A program made the position numbers and the translations under genes. Source: an uncultured Acidimicrobiia bacterium (lineage in GTDB: Bacteria > Actinomycetota > Acidimicrobiia > Acidimicrobiales > JACDCH01). From it: a stretch of DNA of 64,000 nucleotides. The stretch is from contig CAWDIH010000001.1 of NCBI GenBank assembly GCA_963802415.1, forward strand, positions 2,633,000-2,696,999. The letters run 5' to 3'. The notes below the pieces were generated by a model that was not told the origin of the DNA, searched no databases, and was given only the letters and a program-made list of their open reading frames with translations. Below are positions 9,013 through 18,977 of the stretch, piece after piece (the stretch's first letter is position 1; each line of letters opens with the position of its first letter).

Positions 9013-11447
9013 GACGCGGCGATGTCCGTCCTCGTCGGTCTACCGTCGATGGCGAGCCAGACCTGTGCGGGAGTGAGCGGCATGTCGGCATGGCGCACAC
9101 CGAATGGTTGCAGTGCGTCGATGACGGCGTTGACGACCGCCGCGGGCGACCCGACGGTGGCCGACTCCCCCACGCCCTTGCATCCGAGCGGGTGATGGGG
9201 CGACGGCGTGACCGTCTCGCCCAGCTCCCAGCTCGGACACTCGAGCGAGGTGGGCAGCAGGTAGTCCATGAAGGAACCACCCAGGCAATTGCCGTCGTTG
9301 TCGAAGGCAATGACTTGCATGAGCGCCATGCCCACGCCGTCCGCTAGCCCGCCGTGGACCTGCCCCTCGACGATCATCGGGTTGATGCGCGGCCCGCAGT
9401 CGTCGACCGCGATGAAGCGCTCGACCTTCACTTGTCCGGTACCCGGGTCGACGTCCACAACACAGACGTACGCACCGTAGGGGTACGTGAGATTGGGAGG
9501 GTCGTAGACGACCGACGCGTCGAGGTGCCCCTCGACGCCGTCCGGCAACTCGAGGCTGCCGTGCGAAAGCAGCGCGATCTCCTGGATCGTCTTGCCCTGC
9601 TCGGGATCGCCCTTCACGAACCAGCGCCCGTGATCCCATTCGAGGTCGTCGGGCGAGCATTCGAGCGCGGCGGCAGCGATCAGGCGCGCCTTGTCACGGA
9701 CTCGGCGCGCAACGACAGCAGCCGCGGCACCGGACACAGGCGTCGACCGGGAGCCATACGTTCCGAGGCCGAACGGCGTGTTGTCGGTGTCGCCGTGCAG
9801 CACGTCGATGTCCTCGGGCGGGAGGCCGAGCTCCTGGGCGACGATCTGGGCGAACGTCGTCTCGTGGCCTTGACCCTGGGTCTGCACGCTCAACCGCAGC
9901 TGCGCCTTGCCGGTCGGATGGACGCGCAGCTCGCAGCCGTCGGCCATGCCGAGGCCGAGGATGTCCATGTGCTTGCGCGGGCCGGCACCGACGCCCTCGG
10001 TGAAGAAGCTGAGCCCGATGCCCATCAGGTGCTCGCCGCCCGCACCGGGGTGGTCCTCCGTGCCACCGGCGGCCGCCCAGCGTCTGCGTGACTCGTCGCG
10101 CTGGCGCACCAGGTCGGGATAGCCCGCCTTGTCGAGTGCGACCTGGAGGGTGTGCGGATAGTTGCCCGAGTCGTACTCCCAACCGGTCTTGGTCGTGTAC
10201 GGGAACTGCTCGGGCCTGATGAGGTTCTTCATCCGCAACTCGGCGGGATCGATACCCAACGCGTCGGCGAGTACGTCGACGATGCGTTCAACGAGGTACA
10301 CGGCTTCCGTGACCCGGAACGAGCAGGCGTACGCGACGCCGCCCGGCGCCTTGTTCGTGTAGACGCCTGTGACCTTGCAGTACGCGGCCTCGAGGTCGTA
10401 GCTCCCCGTGAAGATGTGGAAGAAGCCGGCGGGGAACTTCGTCGGCTGCGCGGTGCCGTTGAACGCACCGTGATCCGCGATCACGTTCACGCGCAGACCG
10501 GTGATCGTGCCATCACGCGTAGCTGCGATCTCGCCGTGCATGTGGTAGTCGCGGGCGAACGCAGTGGTCATGAGGTTCTCGGACCGGTCTTCGACCCACT
10601 TCACCGGCTTGCCGGTCACGATCGAGCCGACCACGACGAGCACGTAGCCCGGGTAGATGCCGACCTTGTTCCCGAAACCGCCTCCGATGTCAGGCGAGAT
10701 GATCTGGATCTTGTGCTCGGGCAGACCGGCGACGAGCGCATAGACCGTGCGATGGGCGTGCGGCGCCTGCGTGGTCGTCCACACCGTGAGCTTGCCGGTG
10801 ACCGGGTCCATGCTGGCGATGCTGCCGCACGTCTCCATCGGTGCGGGATGCACGCGCGGGTAGAGCATGTCCTGTTGGACGACGACGTCCGCACGCGCGA
10901 ACACCTCGTCGCACAGCGCGCCGTCACCCGCTTCCCAGTCGAAGATGTGGTTGTCGGTCTTGCCTTCGACGTCGTCGCGGATCACGGCCGCGTCCGGGTC
11001 GAGCGATCGCCGCGCGTCCATCACGGGAGCGATCGGCTCGTACTCGACGTCGATCAGCTCGAGCGCGTCTCGGGCCGCGTAGCGATCCTCGGCGACCACG
11101 AACGCGACTTCCTGGCCTTGGAAGCGGACCTTGTCGGTCGCGAGCACCGCCTGCACGTCCTGCGACAACGTCGGCATCCACGCCAGACCGAGCGTTTCGA
11201 GGGTTGCGCCGGTGATCACGGCCTTCACCTTCGGATGTGCTTCCGCCGCAGACGTGTCGATGGACACGATGCGAGCGTGCGCCAGCGGGCTGCGGAGGAT
11301 GGCGGCGTGCAGCGTGCCGGGCGGGTTGATGTCGTCGATGTAGTTGCCCCGACCGCGCAGGAAGCGCGCATCCTCCTTGCGGAGCATGCGTCCGAACCCG
11401 ATCGGATTGCCGGCCGCGCTCGTCGGTGTGGCGTCAGCTGTGGTCAC
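9009..11447 (-). CDS. coxL: aerobic carbon-monoxide dehydrogenase large (Mo-pterin) subunit, form I signature
   Basis: 812 aa in the xanthine-dehydrogenase family. The active-site loop VAYACSFR matches the form I AYXCSFR signature. Flanked by coxS, coxM and coxD/E/F-like genes. Confidence 0.85.
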   Translation of the reverse strand: MTTADATPTSAAGNPIGFGRMLRKEDARFLRGRGNYIDDINPPGTLHAAILRSPLAHARIVSIDTSAAEAHPKVKAVITGATLETLGLAWMPTLSQDVQAVLATDKVRFQGQEVAFVVAEDRYAARDALELIDVEYEPIAPVMDARRSLDPDAAVIRDDVEGKTDNHIFDWEAGDGALCDEVFARADVVVQQDMLYPRVHPAPMETCGSIASMDPVTGKLTVWTTTQAPHAHRTVYALVAGLPEHKIQIISPDIGGGFGNKVGIYPGYVLVVVGSIVTGKPVKWVEDRSENLMTTAFARDYHMHGEIAATRDGTITGLRVNVIADHGAFNGTAQPTKFPAGFFHIFTGSYDLEAAYCKVTGVYTNKAPGGVAYACSFRVTEAVYLVERIVDVLADALGIDPAELRMKNLIRPEQFPYTTKTGWEYDSGNYPHTLQVALDKAGYPDLVRQRDESRRRWAAAGGTEDHPGAGGEHLMGIGLSFFTEGVGAGPRKHMDILGLGMADGCELRVHPTGKAQLRLSVQTQGQGHETTFAQIVAQELGLPPEDIDVLHGDTDNTPFGLGTYGSRSTPVSGAAAAVVARRVRDKARLIAAAALECSPDDLEWDHGRWFVKGDPEQGKTIQEIALLSHGSLELPDGVEGHLDASVVYDPPNLTYPYGAYVCVVDVDPGTGQVKVERFIAVDDCGPRINPMIVEGQVHGGLADGVGMALMQVIAFDNDGNCLGGSFMDYLLPTSLECPSWELGETVTPSPHHPLGCKGVGESATVGSPAAVVNAVIDALQPFGVRHADMPLTPAQVWLAIDGRPTRTDIAAS

Positions 11448-11543
11448 GGTTGGCTTCTTCCTGCGATGCGAGCGACGGAGCGCCAGCGGAGGAGCGGTCC
11501 CACCGGCCTGCGTGGCCGGGGAACGCCGACAACACAGTTGTGG

Positions 11544-12038
11544 TCATGCTGGAACCTCTTCGGTCTCCGCGCCGGCGGGGTGTTCGGCGGCCCACCGGAT
11601 GGCACGCACGATGTTTTCGTACCCGGTGCAACGGCAGATCTGCCCACAGATCGTCTCGCGGATCTCGTGCTCGCTCGGATCCGGGTTGTGATCGAGCAAC
11701 CAGCGGGCCGTCATCATCACCCCGGGCGTGCAGAACCCGCACTGCAGGCCGTGCTCCCGCATGAAGCCCTCCTGCACCGGATCCAGCTTGCCGTCGATTT
11801 CCAAGCTCTCGACCGTGCGGATGTCGCGGCCCCCGGCCATGGCCGTCAGCACCGTGCAGCTCTTCACCGGTTCGCCGTCCATCCACAGCACACACGTGCC
11901 GCAGTTCGACGTGTCGCATCCCCAGTGTGTCCCGGTCAGGCCGAGGTGATCGCGCACGAAGTGCACGAGCAGGAGACGCGGCTCGACCTCGCGCGTCACC
12001 TCCTCGCCGTTCACCGTCATCGTCACTTGCATCGTCAC
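11544..12038 (-). CDS. coxS: CO dehydrogenase small [2Fe-2S] subunit
   Basis: Two 2Fe-2S motifs, GCDTSNCGTCV and QCGFCTPG...CRCTGY. The GTG start overlaps the coxM stop (GTGA). Confidence 0.9.
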   Translation of the reverse strand: MTMQVTMTVNGEEVTREVEPRLLLVHFVRDHLGLTGTHWGCDTSNCGTCVLWMDGEPVKSCTVLTAMAGGRDIRTVESLEIDGKLDPVQEGFMREHGLQCGFCTPGVMMTARWLLDHNPDPSEHEIRETICGQICRCTGYENIVRAIRWAAEHPAGAETEEVPA

Positions 12039-12922
12039 GTCCCCTCTCCGTTCGATCCAGTGCGCGCTCGTGCCACTGCTCGGTGCAGTGCGCGTCTCGT
12101 CAGTTCGCCTGCCAGGTGGCGCTTGTAGTCGGCCGGTCCCCGCTGGTCGCTCTGGGGCTCACACCCGTTCGCTGCCAGTTGCGCGGCGGTCGCGACGGCG
12201 TCGTCGTTCGGCTGGCGCCCCCGGGAGTGCTTCCTCTGCTTGCGGTGCGGAGAAGTGCGGCGCGCCGACTGCGGTCAGCCCGATGCCGGCGTCAGCGACG
12301 GTGTCGCCGTCGAGGACGACGTAGCAGCCGGCGGCGGCGACCGCCCAGTCACCCGCCCGTCGTTCGACCTTCTCGTACGCGCTGCCGGCGCCCGGCCGGA
12401 TCGGGATCCGGATCTCCTCCACGATCTCCGCCGGTCCGACCGCGGTCTCGTACGGTCCGGTGTGGAACTCGCGCGCCGGGACGGACCGCGTACCGCTTGC
12501 CGACCGGATCACGATCTCAGCCCGCAGTGCGGCCGCGACGGCGGACAGGTCTTCCGACGGATCCGCCTGACAGAGAGAACCGCCGACGGTGCCCCGATTG
12601 CGAACGATCGGATCGGCTATGACCCGTTCGGCGTCGTGGAAGATCGCGTAGTGCTCGCCGAGCACCGCGAGGCGAGGACGTCCGCGTGGCGCGCCATCGA
12701 GCCGATCGCGAGGTCGTCGCCGTCAACCCGGATGTACGACAGGCCGGCGAGGTCGTTGATGTCGATGAGCACCTCGGGCCGAGCCAACCGCAGCTTCATC
12801 ATCGGCAGCAGGCTGTGGCCTCCCGCCAGCAGTCGGGCGTCGGGCCCGTGGCGTTCGAGCAGCGCAAGCGCGTCCTCCACGCTCGTGGCCCGCTCGTACT
12901 CGAATGGCGCCGGTGTCTGCAC
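12035..12922 (-). pseudogene. coxM: CO dehydrogenase medium (FAD) subunit, two frameshifts (near 12660 and 12224)
   Basis: Three consecutive frames carry PFEYERATSVEDALALLERHG..LLAGGHSLLPMMKLRL, then LGEHYAIFHDAERVIADPIVRNRGTVGGS, then RQPNDDAV...DQRGPADYKRHLAGELTRRAL. GTG 12922 is preceded by GGGGAG. The second shift lies in a CCCCCGGG run (12218-12225). Confidence 0.8.
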
Positions 12923-13005
12923 CGCATCTCCCCTCGCCTTGATTCCCCGAGCGTCCTCCCGCACGGACAGTTTCCGTCACCGCGGGTGCGCCCACAAGGG
13001 GTGCC

Positions 13006-13019
13006 TAAGCGAACGCTTA
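13006..13019. promoter_or_regulatory. perfect 14-bp palindrome TAAGCGAACGCTTA in the coxM/LysR divergent region (candidate LysR operator)
   Basis: Seen directly in the sequence. It lies 5 nt upstream of the LysR ATG (13025) and about 85 nt from the coxM start. LysR proteins bind T-N11-A-like dyads. Confidence 0.35.
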
Positions 13020-13024
13020 TCGCG

Positions 13025-13999
13025 ATGCTCTCGGCCTATCGTCCAAGCGTGACGCTGACCCAACTGGAGGCGTTCGTGCTGGTGGCCCGCCTCGGTTCGG
13101 TGAAGGCGGCGGCCAACGTCCTCGGCGTGAGTGAGCCCGCGGTGTCCGGTGCGTTGTCGACGTTGCGGCAGCACCTCGGGGACCAGTTGATCGTGCGGTC
13201 TCCGACGGGGATGGAGCTCACTGCCGGCGGCAAGCGGCTCGTGGGGATCGCCTCGGAGATGGTGAACCTGGCGGTCGGCGCCGAGGCCGCGATCCGGGAC
13301 GCGCAAGGCGCACCGGAGCTGCTGCGTCTGGTGGCGACGAGCACGATCGCAGAGTTCGTTGCGCCGGCCATCATCACCGCGTTCACGGCACGCACGGGAG
13401 CGGTCGAGGCATCTGTCGGTGCGACGACGGCCGCGGAGATGCCCGCGCTGCTGTCCGAACGGCTGGCGGACGTGGGGCTCGGCCCGCGTCTGAGTGGCCT
13501 GCGCAGTGAGCCCATGATGCGATACCGGCTCGTCGTGGTGGCGAGCCCGAAGCATCCGTTGGCGACAGGCGCACCCTCGACGGCGCGCCAGGTCGCGGGT
13601 CACGAGTGGCTCGTTGGCGCGTCCGGCGCTGATCCGTCGAGCGCCGCGGGCCAGTTGCTCCTCCGCCTCGGTGTGCCGGCGTCGCGTCTTCGCGTCTTTC
13701 CGAGTGAAGCGGCGGCGTGGGCGGCTGCGTCCGACGGTCACGGATTGGCGACGGCCGTGGCGCACATCGTGCAGCGCGAGGTCGATCGCGGTGCGCTCGT
13801 CGTCCTGCCGGTCGACGGAACGCCCGTGGACCTGCTCTGGTACGTGAGCATGCTCTCCGCGGATCGATGCTCGCCGGCCGCGACCAAGCTGCGCCGTTTC
13901 CTCGGCACGCCCGACGCGATGCAGGTCATGCACCGTTCTGACGGCAGCGTCCCCGCATCACGGTTCCGCCCCCCCGTGTACGTCACGCTGTGGAGCTGA
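13025..13999 (+). CDS. LysR-family transcriptional regulator
   Basis: ATG 13025 in ORF 12686..13999. N-terminal wHTH TLTQLEAFVLVARLGSVKAAANVLGVSEPAVSGALSTLRQHLG plus a LysR substrate domain. Divergent from coxM. Confidence 0.85.
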   Translation: MLSAYRPSVTLTQLEAFVLVARLGSVKAAANVLGVSEPAVSGALSTLRQHLGDQLIVRSPTGMELTAGGKRLVGIASEMVNLAVGAEAAIRDAQGAPELLRLVATSTIAEFVAPAIITAFTARTGAVEASVGATTAAEMPALLSERLADVGLGPRLSGLRSEPMMRYRLVVVASPKHPLATGAPSTARQVAGHEWLVGASGADPSSAAGQLLLRLGVPASRLRVFPSEAAAWAAASDGHGLATAVAHIVQREVDRGALVVLPVDGTPVDLLWYVSMLSADRCSPAATKLRRFLGTPDAMQVMHRSDGSVPASRFRPPVYVTLWS

Positions 14000-14028
14000 C
14001 CTCGAATGTTGGCGACCCGATGTTCGAA

Positions 14029-14850
14029 TCAGGGGCCGGCTTGTTCGAGGGCGCGGCGGACCAGGACTCGGGCGAGGTGCCGGCGGTACTCGGGGGTGGC
14101 GTTGAGATCGGACGGGGGATCGGTCCCTTGGTCCGCCACCGCGGCCGCGTCCTCGATCGACGCGCCCGAACCCAACGCGTCCTCCACCGCCGCGCCCCGT
14201 AGTGGAGTCGAGCCGAGGTTGACGAGGCCGATGCCGGTGTTGCCGTTCCGGACGCAGGCAACACCGACAATCGCCCAGTCCTGCGCGCGCCGGTTGAACT
14301 TCTGGAACGACCAGCCCGCGCCCGACACCTTCGGCACGCGTATCTCCGTCAGCAGTTCGTCGGCTTCGAGAGCCGTCTCGAGGAATCCGGAGAAGAAGTC
14401 GTCGACCCCGATCTCGCGCGTGCCATTCGGTCCTTGCGCGACCAGCGTGGCGCGAAGCGCGATCAGCACGGCGGGCAGATCCGACGCAGGGTCGCCGTGG
14501 GCGATCGATCCGCCGATCGTGCCGCGGTGCCGCACTTGCGGATCGCCGACCTGCCCGGCCGCGTGACGCAACAGCGGCGTCTCCGAGCCGAGGAGATCGG
14601 AGTGCTCGAGGTCGTGATGCCGAGTGAGCGCACCGATGGCGACGTGGTCGCCGCCGTCGCGTACATACGACAGGTCGCGCAACCGGCCGACATCGATCAG
14701 AACCGAGGGAGTGGCCAGCCGCAGCTTCATCAGCGGCAGCAGCGAATGACCACCGGCGAGCAGCTTGGCGTCGTCGCCGTGCTCCCGCAGCAACTGCACG
14801 GCGTGATCGGGTGATTCGGCTCGCACGTAGTCGAAGGTGGCAGGGATCAT
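14029..14850 (-). CDS. FAD-binding medium subunit of a form II CODH-like molybdenum hydroxylase
   Basis: [13 protein letters not shown]...LLAGGHSLLPLMKLRL...RHRGTIGGS...TPEYRRHLARVLVRRAL. The ATG overlaps the large-subunit stop (ATGA). Confidence 0.85.
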   Translation of the reverse strand: MIPATFDYVRAESPDHAVQLLREHGDDAKLLAGGHSLLPLMKLRLATPSVLIDVGRLRDLSYVRDGGDHVAIGALTRHHDLEHSDLLGSETPLLRHAAGQVGDPQVRHRGTIGGSIAHGDPASDLPAVLIALRATLVAQGPNGTREIGVDDFFSGFLETALEADELLTEIRVPKVSGAGWSFQKFNRRAQDWAIVGVACVRNGNTGIGLVNLGSTPLRGAAVEDALGSGASIEDAAAVADQGTDPPSDLNATPEYRRHLARVLVRRALEQAGP

Positions 14851-17201
14851 CGGGACTTCGCCTCCTGGATGAGCGACCACAGCCGTTGTGGCGATGCGGG
14901 CATGTCGACGTCCGTGATGCCGAGGTGCGACAAGGCGTCGACGACGGCGTTGATCACTGCAGGGGTGGCGGCGATCGTCCCCGCTTCCCCGATCCCCTTC
15001 ACGCCCAGGATGTTCGTGGGCGACGGCGTCACCGTGTGATCGAGCTTGAAGCTGGGGACCTCGGCAGCTGACGGCACGAGGTAGTCCATCAACGTCGCGT
15101 TGCGGAGCTGCCCGTCCTCGTCGTAGACCGCCTCTTCCCACAGCGCCTGCGCGATGCCTTGCACGATGCCGCCGTGCAACTGTCCGGACACGATCAAGGG
15201 ATTGACCTGGTTGCCGCAGTCGTCGACGGCGGCGTAGTCCTGCAGCCGCACCTGCCCCGTCTCCTCGTCGACCTCGACCACCGCCACGTGCGTCCCGAAC
15301 GGGAACGTGAAGTTCGGCGGATCGAACGTCACCGATTCGTTGAGGTTCGGCTCCACGCCGTCCGGCAGGTTGTGGGCCGTGAACGCCTCGAAGGCGATGG
15401 CCTGGATCGGCATCGTCTTGGTCGGTGTACCGCGCACACGGAACTCGCCGTCCACGAACTCGAGGTCGTCCTCGCTCGCCTCCATCTGGTGGGCGGCGAT
15501 CGTCTTGGCCTTGTCCAGCACCTTCTGTGCGGCCATCTCGACCGCCACGCCGCCGACGGCCACCGACCGCGACCCGTAGGTGTCGAGGCCCACCGGCGCG
15601 ATCGCGGTGTCGGAGTGCAGCACGTCCACGTGGTCGGGATCGATGCCGAACTTGTCCGCCACGAGCATCGACCAGCTCGTCTCGTGTCCTTGCCCGTGCG
15701 GCGAGGTCCCGGTGACGACCTGCACCTTGCCGGTGGGCAGGAGCCGAACGGTGGCCGCTTCCCAACCGCCGGCGCCGAAGTTCAGCGACGCCAGTACCCG
15801 CGACGGTGCGAGGCCGCACATCTCGACGTACGACGAGATGCCCACGCCGAGGTGCTTGGTCGCGCCTGTCGACCGGCGGTCGGCCTGCTCTTTGCGCAGT
15901 GCTTCGTAGCCGACTAGCTCGAGCGCTCGATCGAGCGCGGGCTGGTAGTCGCCGGAGTCGAACAGCAGGCCTGCGGACGACGTGTACGGGAACTGGTCGG
16001 GTTTGATGAAGTTCCGCCGGCGGATCTCGTCCGATCCGACACCGACCTTCGCTGCGAGTGCCTCGATGCTGCGCTCGATCGCGTACGTCGCTTCCGGACG
16101 TCCAGCGCCCCGATAGGCGTCCGTTGGTGTCTTGTTGGTGAAGATGCCGGTGCACTCGAACGAGTACAGCGGGATGTCGTATGCACCGTGGTACAGGAAC
16201 CCGCCGAGCAGAGGAATGCCGGGCGTCACGAGTTGCAGGTAGGCGCCCATGTCGGCGAGCAGCTTGGTCCGGACCACGGTGATCTTTCCGTCGGCGTCGG
16301 CGGCAAGCTCGATGTCCTGGATCTGCCCACGGCCCTGGACGGTGGCGACCGCGTTCTCGCTGCGATCCTCCGTCCACCGGACGGGGGCGCCGAGCTTGCG
16401 CGCCACCGCAACGGCGATGAGCTCCTCCGCATACACGTCGAGCTTGGACCCGAAGCCACCTCCGACCGACGGTGCGATCACACGCAGTTTGTGCTCGTCG
16501 ATGCCGGTGGTGACCGCCATCATCACCTTGAGGATGTGGGGAACCTGTGTCGACGAGTAGATGACCAGATCGCCACCGATTGGTTGCGGCACGACCGCGA
16601 CACCGCGCGGCTCCATTGCTTCGGGGATCAGGCGTTGTTGGACGTACCGCTCGTGGACCGTGTGCGCAGCCGATGCGAACGCCTGCTCGACAGCGGGCGG
16701 ATCAGGGATCAGCGTCCACGTGTACGACTTGTTGGTACCTGCGTCCTCGTGGATGACCACGCGGTCGCTGGCCGCATCCTCGATGTCGACCATGGCCGGC
16801 AACGGCTCGTAGTCGACGATCACCGCGTCGGCACCGTCACGTGCCGCGTACCGTGAGCTTGCGACGACCACCGCGACGATGTCGCCCTGGTAGTTCGCCT
16901 TGCCGATGGCGACCGGCAGGTGCTCGGGGCTCTTCATGTCCTCCGTGACCGTCCATGCACACGGCATCGGTGCCGCCCACGCGTCGCGGAGATCCTCACC
17001 CGTGAAGACGGCCTCGACTCCGGGCACGTCGAGCGCGGCGCTGGTGTCGATCGAGGTGATGCGGGCGTGCGCCTCCGAGCTCCGCACCATGTCGAGGTAG
17101 CGGGCGCCTGGGATGACGAGGTCGTCGACAAAGCGCGCCTCGCCGGTGAGCAGCCGCGGGTCCTCCTTGCGGACCATCGGCGTCCCGACGACCGGGCTCA
17201 T
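14847..17201 (-). CDS. molybdopterin large subunit, form II CoxL-like (AYRGAGR type)
   Basis: ATG 17201 ([21 protein letters not shown]). Active-site loop [12 protein letters not shown] is the form II signature. Gene order S-L-M is typical of form II clusters. Confidence 0.85.
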   Translation of the reverse strand: MSPVVGTPMVRKEDPRLLTGEARFVDDLVIPGARYLDMVRSSEAHARITSIDTSAALDVPGVEAVFTGEDLRDAWAAPMPCAWTVTEDMKSPEHLPVAIGKANYQGDIVAVVVASSRYAARDGADAVIVDYEPLPAMVDIEDAASDRVVIHEDAGTNKSYTWTLIPDPPAVEQAFASAAHTVHERYVQQRLIPEAMEPRGVAVVPQPIGGDLVIYSSTQVPHILKVMMAVTTGIDEHKLRVIAPSVGGGFGSKLDVYAEELIAVAVARKLGAPVRWTEDRSENAVATVQGRGQIQDIELAADADGKITVVRTKLLADMGAYLQLVTPGIPLLGGFLYHGAYDIPLYSFECTGIFTNKTPTDAYRGAGRPEATYAIERSIEALAAKVGVGSDEIRRRNFIKPDQFPYTSSAGLLFDSGDYQPALDRALELVGYEALRKEQADRRSTGATKHLGVGISSYVEMCGLAPSRVLASLNFGAGGWEAATVRLLPTGKVQVVTGTSPHGQGHETSWSMLVADKFGIDPDHVDVLHSDTAIAPVGLDTYGSRSVAVGGVAVEMAAQKVLDKAKTIAAHQMEASEDDLEFVDGEFRVRGTPTKTMPIQAIAFEAFTAHNLPDGVEPNLNESVTFDPPNFTFPFGTHVAVVEVDEETGQVRLQDYAAVDDCGNQVNPLIVSGQLHGGIVQGIAQALWEEAVYDEDGQLRNATLMDYLVPSAAEVPSFKLDHTVTPSPTNILGVKGIGEAGTIAATPAVINAVVDALSHLGITDVDMPASPQRLWSLIQEAKSR

Positions 17202-17665
17202 GACGCGTCGCCCGCGCCGGCCGCGGCGAGCACGGCCTTCACGATGTTGTGATAGCCGGTACAGCGACAGAGGTTGCCCTCGAGTCCTTCCCGAACGGCC
17301 GCTTCGTCGGTTGCCCTGCCCTCCTCGACGAGCGACACCGCCGCCATGACCATGCCGGGCGTGCAGAAGCCGCACTGCAAGCCGTGGTACTCCTGGAAGG
17401 CGGCCTGCATCGGATGGAGGTGACCGTCGGTCGCAAGTCCTTCGATCGTCTTCACCGCCGTACCGTCCGCCTGCGCGGCGAGCACGGTGCAGGACTTCAC
17501 CGATTCGCCGTCGAGGTGAACGGTGCACGCTCCACACGAGGACGTGTCACAACCCACGTTCGTGCCGGTGAGCCCGACCACGTCTCGCAGGTAGTGCACG
17601 AGCAACAGACGCGGTTCGACGTCATGCTCGTTGGTCACGCCGTTGACTGCGATGGAAACCTTCAC
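17198..17665 (-). CDS. [2Fe-2S] small subunit of the form II CODH-like enzyme
   Basis: [12 protein letters not shown] and QCGFCTPG...CRCTGY. GTG 17665 is preceded by GGGAGGA; the ORF track extends to 17719. Confidence 0.85.
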   Translation of the reverse strand: MKVSIAVNGVTNEHDVEPRLLLVHYLRDVVGLTGTNVGCDTSSCGACTVHLDGESVKSCTVLAAQADGTAVKTIEGLATDGHLHPMQAAFQEYHGLQCGFCTPGMVMAAVSLVEEGRATDEAAVREGLEGNLCRCTGYHNIVKAVLAAAGAGDAS

Positions 17666-17824
17666 TGGTTCCTCCCCCGAGCATCGTGTTCTGTGTGGCT
17701 TGCCGCTCGCTGTCGTCATCCTGCCGCGAACGGCGAACCCGCGCTAGCCGCCCGGCCCATCTGCAACTTCGACGACCCGCCGGTACGCTGGCTGGCCTTC
17801 GCCACAACGACACAGGGAGGATCC

Positions 17825-18901
17825 ATGCGGGCTGCCGTCCTGAACGGGTACAACGAGCCGCTCGTCATCGAGGAGCTGCGGGAGCCGCCGCTCGGCCCGC
17901 GTGACGTCCGGGTGCAGATCGACGCCAGCGGCGTCTGCCACTCGGACCTGACGGTGCAGACCGGCGGTGTACCGATGCCGGTGCCGCTGATCCTCGGTCA
18001 CGAGGGCGCAGGCACCGTGCTCGAGACCGGCCCCGAGGTGAGCCGCGTTCGCAAGGGTGACCGTGTGATCGCGTCGTTCATCCCGGCGTGCGGCAACTGC
18101 TTCCACTGTCTGCACGAGCAGTCGAACCTCTGCGAGGAGTCCGTGGGAATGATGACCGCGGCTCGTGCCCTGCGCGAGGACGGGTCGGGCGTGTTCGGCA
18201 TGACCGGACTCGGCACCTTCTCCGATCTGATGACGACGCACGAGATGTCGCTTGTGAAGATCGACACCGACCTGCCGAGCGAACAGCTCGCCCTCATCGG
18301 ATGTGGCGTGACGACCGGTGTCGGCGCCGCGTTGCTGACGGCGAGGGTGCAGCCCGGCTCCACTGTCGCCGTCATCGGCTGTGGTGGTGTGGGTCAGTCC
18401 GTGGTCCAGGGTGCTCGCATCGCGGGCGCGTCGCGCATCTTCGCCGTCGATCCAGTGGAGCTGAAGCGCAAGACGGCGGAGCAGTTGGGTGCCACCGACC
18501 TCGTCGACCCGGCGCAAGGCGATCCGATCCAGCAGGTCAAGGACGCGACCGGCGGACGCGGTGCCGACTATGCGTTCGAGGTCATCGGGCTGCCGGAGAC
18601 GATCCTCCAGGCGTACAACACGGCGCGACGCGGCGGCACGGTGGTGGTCGTCGGCATGCCGCGCATCGAGGACACTGTGACCTTCTCCGCGATGCAGTTG
18701 TTCTACGAGGAGAAGAAGATGCTCGGCTGCCTGTATGGCTCGGCGCAGGTGCGGCGCGACTTCCCCAAGTTCGTCGACCTGGTCGAGACCGGCCGGCTCG
18801 ACATCGGTTCGATGGTGTCGCGGCGCATCAAGATCGACGAGGTGAACGACGCCTTCCGGGCCATGCAAGCGGGCGAGGTGATCCGCAGCGTCATCGTCTG
18901 A
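17825..18901 (+). CDS. zinc-dependent alcohol dehydrogenase family (class III/formaldehyde-DH-like)
   Basis: ATG 17825 preceded by GGGAGGA. GVCHSD, GHEGAG, structural-zinc Cys cluster CGNCFHCLHEQSNLC, NAD fold GCGGVGQS. Confidence 0.85.
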   Translation: MRAAVLNGYNEPLVIEELREPPLGPRDVRVQIDASGVCHSDLTVQTGGVPMPVPLILGHEGAGTVLETGPEVSRVRKGDRVIASFIPACGNCFHCLHEQSNLCEESVGMMTAARALREDGSGVFGMTGLGTFSDLMTTHEMSLVKIDTDLPSEQLALIGCGVTTGVGAALLTARVQPGSTVAVIGCGGVGQSVVQGARIAGASRIFAVDPVELKRKTAEQLGATDLVDPAQGDPIQQVKDATGGRGADYAFEVIGLPETILQAYNTARRGGTVVVVGMPRIEDTVTFSAMQLFYEEKKMLGCLYGSAQVRRDFPKFVDLVETGRLDIGSMVSRRIKIDEVNDAFRAMQAGEVIRSVIV

Positions 18902-18977
18902 GGAAGCCCTGCCGGACCTGATCCGGCGCACGGCCGGTGCGATCGCCGACTACCGCGCCGGCCTCGCGGACGCGCGG

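Noticed and set aside
14015-14035. GTTCGAATC, a tRNA T-loop-like string
   Set aside because: The flanking bases cannot form a T stem, and no acceptor or anticodon arms can be built around it. It also overlaps the coxM-like stop codon.
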